Source of the DNA: a virus
DNA: 64,000 nucleotides
Virus record (IMG/VR): IMGVR_UViG_3300020121_000439
Coordinates: 4,307-68,306 of that record
Direction: 5' to 3' (one strand)
The notes under the pieces were generated by a model that was not told the DNA's origin, did no database searches, and saw only the letters and a program-made list of their open reading frames with translations. This document shows positions 56,763 through 64,000 of the stretch, one piece after another. The translations under genes and the position numbers were made by a program. The stretch's first letter is position 1, and every line of letters starts with the position of its first letter.

Positions 56763-57121
56763 TCCTTCGGCTCCTGCGCCACGCCGGGTGCTTTAGGTTG
56801 ATAGTTGAAATAGAACCACGGGTAATACGAATCGCTATGGTCTGTGCCGAATGTGAGCCATTCGTGGCCATCCTTAACGTCAATGAGCTTGTAATCGCCG
56901 TCATCGACAACCACGCGCACTTTGGCGATTGAACGCTTGAAGAAAATAGCGTCCGACACCTTGCGCTCAATAGCTCCAAGGCAGCTACGATAGCCATCTT
57001 CCTCGTCTTCGAGAACTTCCCAGATCATGCTGCCAATCTTGAATTGCTGCTCAGTCGCTCCATAGAAGGCGAACTCTTTGCCGTTCAAGGCATCGAAATC
57101 AGTGATATTTTCAGTTTTCAT
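56759..57121 (-). CDS. hypothetical protein
   Basis: EDGYRS and GTDHSDSYYP motifs; AGGAG RBS. Confidence 0.65.
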   Translation of the reverse strand: MKTENITDFDALNGKEFAFYGATEQQFKIGSMIWEVLEDEEDGYRSCLGAIERKVSDAIFFKRSIAKVRVVVDDGDYKLIDVKDGHEWLTFGTDHSDSYYPWFYFNYQPKAPGVAQEPKE

Positions 57122-57305
57122 TCTGTGCTCTCCTGCGCCACGCTGCATCTTTTGCAATTTGTTATTCCGTGCGCCTTGCATTGCGGAACGAACTTTGAGC
57201 ACGTTACGAGATGCACGCCGAAGGAACACTTGCATTCTGTGCAATAGCCTTCTTTGGGATTGACGTATTCAGTTTTCTCAAACATCCTGGCTCTCCTGCG
57301 CCACG
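56771..57305 (-). repeat. 13-bp repeat CGTGGCGCAGGAG at three consecutive gene junctions
   Basis: Copies at 56771-56783, 57130-57142 and 57293-57305. Confidence 0.85.
57118..57285 (-). CDS. 55-aa Cys-rich protein (not in ORF track)
   Basis: MFEKTEYVNPKEGYCTECKC...VAQESTE*. Confidence 0.55.
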   Translation of the reverse strand: MFEKTEYVNPKEGYCTECKCSFGVHLVTCSKFVPQCKAHGITNCKRCSVAQESTE

Positions 57306-58831
57306 GGGGCGGACAGCGCGGCCCGCTCGTTAATGGTTTTGAATGCTAGCGTTCTTATCTTGTCGATGCGGCCTGATGGGCCAATTTGGTAATCGACGGC
57401 TAATTTCTCGATGGCCCGCAACGCCGCTTCCAGTTGCGCGGTTCGCTCGTAAGCCCTCGTCAATGCTTTCTCTTGCATGCTCGACAACCCTTCCCATTTG
57501 TCGGCCCATGCTTTCGCTTCATTGCGCTCTCTGCGTAGCGCGTCCATCTCCCCCACGGCTTCCTCTGCGCGTAGTTTTTCTTTGGCGTGTGAGTCTTTCC
57601 AGTCTTTTAACGGCTGTTGGTTGCGCTCATCGCGTAGGGCCTTTATGTAGGCATCGGCTTCAAAATGCTCATTGATGCAGGCGCGATGGAACGATGCGGT
57701 ACAGTCGGCACAGCGGTAGCTTTCATGCTGCAAAACTTCTTTCCCGCAACCGCCAACATGGGGAGCACTCATGCCATAGAGAAAACCGCAGACATACCCC
57801 GGTGCCTTTATCTCGTCAGACTGTGGCGAAAATGGAAACTTACGATTTCCCTCTTCTACAACTTGTAGCAGCACGGATAATAGTTTTGGCGGGATTTCTT
57901 CTGTGCCGTGCGATTCCATGTAGCCAACTATGAGCTTGCTCATCGTATCGCGGCTGACATGAATCGATTTGTCCAACTCCCCTCCGCGCCCCTCCAGGCT
58001 GCGGGATAGGCCGAGTCTGTTTATTTCATGCAGCAATTCGCTCACGTCATCATTGCTGAAGCTGACCACGTTCGCTTCACAGCGGTCGCATATATTTTTA
58101 ATCGTTGGTGGATACTCATATTCATCTCGTAAGGCCGAAATCTTCTCCATCGTGGCCGCTATGCCATGAATCCTCGATGAAAGCATATGAGCATCTCCAG
58201 TTTCAGATAGCTTCCAAACTTCATCTGCAACCGTGCGCAACGCTTGCGCGATCCGCTCCAGCCCTGCGTTAGAGGTCGATTCCCTGTTCGTAGCAATCGC
58301 GCTCAAATTGATCGACGCAGCGTTTTGAGCAGAACCACTTGCCATAGATTTTCCAAGCGTTAGCGATGTTGAGCATTCGTTGGCAGATGTGACACATGTT
58401 TCCTCCGGTTCGTCAAAGTGTTCGTGCAAATCTGTACGCGGGCAACGAGGGCATGGAAATTTGGGCCGCTCCAGCCCTGCCGGGGACGCGCCGGGGGCCG
58501 CAAGTTCTCTAATCTTTGCTAGCATTGGCTCAAATCCAGGCATCGGCTCATGCGGCAATCCGAGCACATCTGCAATCTTGTCATGGAAGCTCTTGCACAT
58601 CTGCTCCCAGCAACGTTCCTCGGCAGCGGGGCCAATCAAACTTCGCCAGCCGTCCTGCGGGGCCGGGGCTTGGGGAGATGCCGCAGCCGCGCCGGATTCT
58701 TTGTCGAATGGCGGGAATCCTGACCACTTGTCGAGCACAAGCCGCAATCCTGCTTCGGTAGGCTTGCCGTGAGCAGATTCAACTTCGTCCACCAACCATT
58801 GACCAAATGCTATTTCCTGTTCGTCCGTCAT
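57278..58831 (-). CDS. mosaic early protein (zinc fingers, coiled coil)
   Basis: 517-aa ORF, several CxxC modules. Confidence 0.65.
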   Translation of the reverse strand: MTDEQEIAFGQWLVDEVESAHGKPTEAGLRLVLDKWSGFPPFDKESGAAAASPQAPAPQDGWRSLIGPAAEERCWEQMCKSFHDKIADVLGLPHEPMPGFEPMLAKIRELAAPGASPAGLERPKFPCPRCPRTDLHEHFDEPEETCVTSANECSTSLTLGKSMASGSAQNAASINLSAIATNRESTSNAGLERIAQALRTVADEVWKLSETGDAHMLSSRIHGIAATMEKISALRDEYEYPPTIKNICDRCEANVVSFSNDDVSELLHEINRLGLSRSLEGRGGELDKSIHVSRDTMSKLIVGYMESHGTEEIPPKLLSVLLQVVEEGNRKFPFSPQSDEIKAPGYVCGFLYGMSAPHVGGCGKEVLQHESYRCADCTASFHRACINEHFEADAYIKALRDERNQQPLKDWKDSHAKEKLRAEEAVGEMDALRRERNEAKAWADKWEGLSSMQEKALTRAYERTAQLEAALRAIEKLAVDYQIGPSGRIDKIRTLAFKTINERAALSAPVAQESQDV

Positions 58832-59976
58832 TGTCCCGCCTCTTTCTGTGCGCTGAAGAATTGCGCGAAGTCCACCGGCTGCTTAATCGTGAAGTGGAAT
58901 TTACACTTGCCACACGCTAGATTGCCCAAACTGATAATCTGCAACGCTAAATCTCCATCGCCGCACTTCGGGCAGCGTAGTGTGAGGCTCGGGGCCACAG
59001 CAGTCAGTTTACGGAGAAGTGTTTCGCACCAGTGCTGACAGGGTTCCGCCATGTTCATCCCGCATACCGTACAACTAAATTGCGCTGTCTTGGCTGGCCA
59101 TGAGACCCACTCATGCACCTTTCCAGTAGAGTCTCGCCCCATATGATCGTGCTCATGGTCGAACGATTTCTCGCAGCGAATATCGCCCAGAGTAGAAATG
59201 CACGTCCGTGGCCCCGCGCTTTCCTCTGTGCCGCTCACCGCTGCTTGGGTGGGCTGGGAGTATAATTCGGTTTCTCCGCGAGAGGGGTTGATGCGAATAT
59301 CGGCGTCCACAAATGCGTCTAGGTTGGTGAATCTCATCACGCATTGTGTGGCCAATTCGGTTGAGCCACAAGGCGCACAGCCTAAAACTCTTAGCCGCCA
59401 ATACCGCGCAGCATCCCGCTGTAAATTTTCCATATTTAAACTCCTTTCAACTTTGGACGCGGATGGCTCTGTGCCGCTCACGGGACGGGCCGCGCCCTTG
59501 ACCTTATCGAGAAGATATTTTCTGTGTGCTTCCAGAGTTTTCTTCTCAGCAATCCTCTCGCGGAGTTGACGGATTAGCTTCCATGTTAGCGACCCTGCCT
59601 CACATTGCCTCTCCATTGAAGCTAAATCAGGCTCAGTAAAATCCAACTCCGGCGGCTGCTCCCCCGTGGATGCTTCGCCCGCCGCTACTTCCATCTGCTC
59701 AATCCTGAAATCGTGTAGGGGGTCTTTGCAACCAATAAACGAACACGCTCCAGTGGTTAATCGCTGCGCCCCACATAACGTACAGCGAATCTCCATGAAC
59801 TCGACGGGGGACGCTTCGCCTGAGATGGGCTCGGGCGTATGGTCATGGTTTTTCCCGTTAGGCAGATGTGACCAAATCAGCGTACCAACCGCATTTTCCC
59901 AAGCAAATATTTCATCGCCACAGGTTACGCAATAACCGTGCCGTCCGCTATTTGCCATCGCCGCCTCCGCGCTCAC
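58828..59976 (-). CDS. mosaic early protein (multiple zinc-binding modules)
   Basis: 382-aa ORF, repeated linkers. Confidence 0.65.
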   Translation of the reverse strand: MSAEAAMANSGRHGYCVTCGDEIFAWENAVGTLIWSHLPNGKNHDHTPEPISGEASPVEFMEIRCTLCGAQRLTTGACSFIGCKDPLHDFRIEQMEVAAGEASTGEQPPELDFTEPDLASMERQCEAGSLTWKLIRQLRERIAEKKTLEAHRKYLLDKVKGAARPVSGTEPSASKVERSLNMENLQRDAARYWRLRVLGCAPCGSTELATQCVMRFTNLDAFVDADIRINPSRGETELYSQPTQAAVSGTEESAGPRTCISTLGDIRCEKSFDHEHDHMGRDSTGKVHEWVSWPAKTAQFSCTVCGMNMAEPCQHWCETLLRKLTAVAPSLTLRCPKCGDGDLALQIISLGNLACGKCKFHFTIKQPVDFAQFFSAQKEAGQ

Positions 59977-60142
59977 GCTTTACTATCGCGATTATTTGTT
60001 TTCTGCTTTCTTTGACCGTGAAGCGTGAGCCATCATCCAACCTGACAACAGTCCACTCTCTATCCGGTTTTAGCCAGAGCAGCCGATGAATCGGGAACGT
60101 TACTTCTTCCTGACCAACTTCTTTAAGCGTGATGAATCTCAT
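59948..60142 (-). CDS. small hypothetical protein
   Basis: GGAGG RBS; TVVRLDDGSRFTVKES. Confidence 0.55.
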   Translation of the reverse strand: MRFITLKEVGQEEVTFPIHRLLWLKPDREWTVVRLDDGSRFTVKESRKQIIAIVKRERGGGDGK

Positions 60143-60483
60143 CGCCCTACCCCTCCCTCTTCCCGGCCCAGCGTTCGCGGATCGCCGCCGCGTCACATTC
60201 TCCAGTGCTTGGAAAACGGCCATTCCATTCGTGAATCCAAGTCTCCATTTGGGCATTCGCTTCGCAGGCTCATACTTTCCGATTCCCCTGCAAAATGAGC
60301 ACACATCCTTGCAACACCGCTCCATCTCGGCCTCGCGCTCGGATTGGGCGAAGGCTGCTAAATGTTCAGCTAATTGACTCTCAGATAGACAGATTGGACA
60401 CGTACCGCTTGCGCAACTCGCGTTGAAGCAAATCTTATCTGCCGCCTTCCGCGCCCGTTCCCGTACCTCTTCCAGCCCCGCGC

Positions 60484-60729
60484 TCACGGTCTCGCCTCAC
60501 TGTTACTCGCGGCGTCCCACGCGATACGGCGACGGACCCGTCGCGGCATATTGTAACCGTACGTTTCGAGAAGTTCGCGGTTGCGGCGGACGAACGCCGC
60601 ACGACGCGAACGTTGCCGGGAAGCCGTGTGCGAAAGCATGTTTACGCGGTGTCCCTGGTTCGTGAACCCGAGTTGTAGTAGGGTGCGGAGTTTCTCGCGC
60701 CACGTCACGCGGTGGGTGAAGTCGGTCAT
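60484..60729 (-). CDS. hypothetical protein
   Basis: AAGGAG RBS. Confidence 0.55.
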   Translation of the reverse strand: MTDFTHRVTWREKLRTLLQLGFTNQGHRVNMLSHTASRQRSRRAAFVRRNRELLETYGYNMPRRVRRRIAWDAASNSEARP

Positions 60730-60956
60730 TTGGAGTTCTCCTTTTTGTGTTCAGACGGCAACCAGCGTTTTTGATGTCCAGAAATCGCCAGGGCCGGAGT
60801 AACGATGATACGTTCGCGTTTCGCAATACCTCCGCAACCACATCCATTGGATATGTTGGACAGGTCCGATGTAGATAGTAACGCGGGTTGGAAGCCATGC
60901 GAACGGGGTAGCGAATATTTCCGCGCCGTCAGTGGGCCGGATTTTATCTCTAAATC

Positions 60957-61322
60957 TCACAACTCCCCTCCGTCCCGTCCGCGCCACCGCATCGCGATCA
61001 CTCTCGCTTCCGTCGCGCCGGGGTCGCCCGTCCACCCCAGCGCCGTGGTCACGTCCAACGCGCGGGATTCCACGAACCCATGCCGCCGTGTCGTTCCACA
61101 CCTCTCGCACCGTAGCGCCGGCGTGGGTTCGGGCGGGAACACGCCCGTTCGTGTTGTGGCGTGGCCCCACACCCGGCGCCGTCCGCACTCCGCACAGGAG
61201 TAGATTTCACAGAGGTCCGTAGACGAACGGGTGAAGGTGGGGGTGTCGCGGTCGAGTACGCTCGTCTGTGGGCTCCGCGGCATCACAACCCCCACGCTAG
61301 TAACGCCAGTGTCATGACGCAA
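60957..61322 (-). CDS. hypothetical zinc-binding protein (start uncertain)
   Basis: CAEC...CERC. Confidence 0.45.
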   Translation of the reverse strand: MRHDTGVTSVGVVMPRSPQTSVLDRDTPTFTRSSTDLCEIYSCAECGRRRVWGHATTRTGVFPPEPTPALRCERCGTTRRHGFVESRALDVTTALGWTGDPGATEARVIAMRWRGRDGGEL

Positions 61323-61913
61323 CCGATTAAATACGCGCCGAACGCGATGTTTCCGAGTGTTTGATTCACTTTCATTGTTTCCTCCAGGCAGCAGGAGAGT
61401 GCGGCGAACACGCTGTTACCCACTTCTTGTCACGGTAATCCAATGTCCCAATGTAAACTGCGTCCTTTTGCGCTTCGTTCATTTGAATGCCGGGGCACTC
61501 GCTCGTGGTCGCGCCTTCCGCTGAACCGCACAGTGAGCAGAGAAATAAGTCATCTTCTCGAATAACTGCAGTATGACCATCGTGTGTCATTGAAACCTCC
61601 TCCAGATCTCCGCTACAACGCGGATCACCTCGTACCAGAAAAATCCGAGTATACCGACCGTGACCGCGAACTTCACTGGCCACGGAATTTTTGTGTTCAT
61701 GGCGTGATTCTCCCCTTTCATGTCTGGACGGATTGCGATTCCAGCCATTGCTGATAGTCGAAGTTGAATTTCTCGCGGTCTTGTGCATAAAGATAATCGC
61801 CATAAGGCCGCGTGCGCTGCTGATAACGAAAATGCCGATGCTTGGGCTGGCCTTCGGATTCCCGATTCAGAAACTCACGGAATGCTTTCTTTGTTAGCTT
61901 CCGCTTCGCCGTG

Positions 61914-62225
61914 TCACTTGGCATCGTGGGCCTCCCGCGACTTGGACTTTTTGTTGATTTTAATATCGCGTGGATTTTTACCTCCATGCCACGAACAATC
62001 TAGAACTTCAAAGTATGCCGAGTGGCTAGGATCGCCCTGCGCAGCCCACATTGCCTCACGCGGATCATGCCCGTTAAACGAGCAGGACGGATATTCCCTG
62101 GAGTTGGCAATGCAGTACTGAATGTACTTTGGCGTGGCGAACTCAACAGCATTACGGCACATCTCTGGCTTCCAGCCGCTTGATGACTGAAGCATGATTA
62201 ACAAAATAAAAATAACTGTGTTCAT
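61914..62225 (-). CDS. hypothetical exported protein
   Basis: GGAGG RBS; MNTVIFILLIML; four Cys. Confidence 0.55.
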   Translation of the reverse strand: MNTVIFILLIMLQSSSGWKPEMCRNAVEFATPKYIQYCIANSREYPSCSFNGHDPREAMWAAQGDPSHSAYFEVLDCSWHGGKNPRDIKINKKSKSREAHDAK

Positions 62226-62420
62226 TTGCGCCTCCCGCGCCTCCCCTGGTTTGCCGCCATACCGCTCACCAATTTCCACCAGCAGTATCGGCCTCACCAA
62301 AAGTGCAAGGCCCACACATGCCTGTTTCTGGGACTGTCGGCACTGCTCCGCAAACTTCGCACGGAGTTGTCCAGTCCGGTTCCGACTCCATCTCTTTAGG
62401 TTTATTTTTCGCCATCCCAG

Positions 62421-62795
62421 TTAACCCGCCTTCCCGGTAGCCGCCGGTTCGTAATTCAGTAATGCCGCGATTGCCTTGAGCGTGTCGTAAATCGAAACGT
62501 CCACGCTTCCCTCGTAAGCATTCCGCACAAGGCTATGCAGAGATTTTTCGATGTTGTTGGCATTGGCCCGGAGCCATAGGATTTTCTTGGCATCTTCTGT
62601 TGGCAGCGGCATCCATTCGGAACCATCTTTCTTGAGGTTCGTTACGACTTCAGGGTGCGAAGTGCGCCGCACTTTCCAGAGCGTTTTAGTTTCGCCAATA
62701 ACTGTGAAGTCCAGCGGGTCGCCACCCGGCCCATAATGCCCAGTGACTTGTCGCGCCCAAAAATCAGAGCCAATTTTCAGTTCCGTGGTCGCCAT
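62421..62795 (-). CDS. hypothetical protein
   Basis: In-strand early ORF. Confidence 0.6.
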   Translation of the reverse strand: MATTELKIGSDFWARQVTGHYGPGGDPLDFTVIGETKTLWKVRRTSHPEVVTNLKKDGSEWMPLPTEDAKKILWLRANANNIEKSLHSLVRNAYEGSVDVSIYDTLKAIAALLNYEPAATGKAG

Positions 62796-63250
62796 TTCCG
62801 TTACCCCTTTCCCGTCTGCCCCGCCCAGGGTTTATGCGGTTTTCTCGTATTGCTCGTAATCTCTCTGCCGTGCCAGTGCATCTGCAAGAGCGGCTTCATG
62901 TGATAGGCCATCGTTAACAACTAAGTTTCCGCGAGTGCAGACCACATCAAATAGACCTTTCGCGGTTTCATCTTTACTTGGGACAACTTTGTAAATTTTC
63001 GCCATTTTCCCATCCTCCAGCGGAGCAGCCCCCGCGCCCCCTATTTAAAAACTGTCTAAAGCGTTCGATTTCTGCACGGCTGATTCCAATACTTGCACTC
63101 GCCGCAAAAGGTTCTGCATCGCGGCCCTCAATTCGGCTGGCTCACAATCGTACTCAAGTAAGCTGTCTACGGTCTCCAAATCTCCATAAAGCATTTCGCT
63201 AAGTCTGCTCATTTTGTCCTCCCTTTCCGTGCGGCCCTCGATAGCCGCGT

Positions 63251-63487
63251 TTAAATCGCTGGGTCGCTGTACTGCGGAATCGTCCGCCCGGTCGTTCCAA
63301 TCAACGCCCGGTATTCGCGGTAGTACTCCGCGATCTTCGCTTCGGTCCGCTCCTCGACCGACAACACCCCGACCTTCGTGACCGCCGCTTCGATCCGCGC
63401 GATGGGGCCGTCGAGGTAGGGCGTGAGCAGGATCTCGTGGAGGAACGAGGCTAGATTGTGGTCGTCGTTTTTCGCGTTTGTGCTCAT
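63251..63487 (-). CDS. hypothetical protein
   Basis: ATGA overlap. Confidence 0.5.
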   Translation of the reverse strand: MSTNAKNDDHNLASFLHEILLTPYLDGPIARIEAAVTKVGVLSVEERTEAKIAEYYREYRALIGTTGRTIPQYSDPAI

Positions 63488-64000
63488 TTCGACACCTTCC
63501 GCTTGTCCATCAAATCCACGATATGCTCGAACATCTCCGCTTTGTCGGAGCTAGACATCGGCTCCTCGTAATTGTTAGCGATGAAATCCTCGATCTGATT
63601 CAGAGTGTCGGATTGCGGGTCTATCGCTGGCGCATCGTCGGGGTCGAGCTGAAAGGACTCAATCGCGTCTTGCCATGCTTCCTCGCGTGTCTCCCCGTCG
63701 CCGCCGAGCGTAAGGTTAAATTCGTATCTCATCACAACCCACCCGTCGCCACGCTGAACAACGCGAGAATGAGCGAACCGAACACCACCGCTGTCCCGAA
63801 CCCTACCACGAACACGAACCACCGCGAGGGTTGTAAAGTTGATTGTTTACGTTCCATAATCTCTCTCCTTTCGAAATCCTAACACCGTTTCGTTATGACG
63901 CAACGGAATTATTTTTTCGTTAAATATCTGGCCTCAATCGGACCGCGAAACAAGAAAGCGAGATACTGGTATTCGGTATCGGCCCGGCCAACCCGCCGCG

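Noticed and set aside
1-64000. CRISPR array, DGR/retron, integrase-repressor lysogeny module
   Set aside because: No regularly spaced repeats, reverse-transcriptase motifs or recombinase motifs were seen. The Cas4-like gene stands alone.

Overview
The window reads as most or all of one tailed dsDNA phage genome with podovirus-type organisation. No host genes, integrase or CRISPR array are visible. The + strand arm (about 0.4-32 kb) carries TerL, a P22-like portal, scaffold, major capsid, GH108 endolysin, adaptor and nozzle, ejection proteins, a tailspike and holin candidates. Opposite-strand morons interrupt this arm, each with its own sigma70 promoter. The mostly - strand arm (32-64 kb) carries nucleotide-metabolism genes, an intein-containing PolA, an ECF sigma factor, UDG-like, SSB, AAA ATPase and Cas4-like proteins, a Dam-type methylase, a D5 helicase and many small early genes. 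The most notable observations are: (1) a circularly permuted tRNA mimic with the layout of a YrlA Y RNA, with no Ro60/Rsr gene visible, inside a hairpin-rich intergenic tract of about 600 nt; (2) Cys-rich fibre/tailspike-like proteins with Sec signal peptides, plus a secreted cationic AMP-like peptide; (3) a circularly permuted Cas4/AddB-like nuclease; (4) a TAAACTA motif before late genes, often overlapping divergent sigma70 promoters; (5) a free-standing JAB protein near a metallophosphoesterase; (6) a His762-type PolA with an HNH intein. All calls come from reading motifs by eye; no database searches were run.
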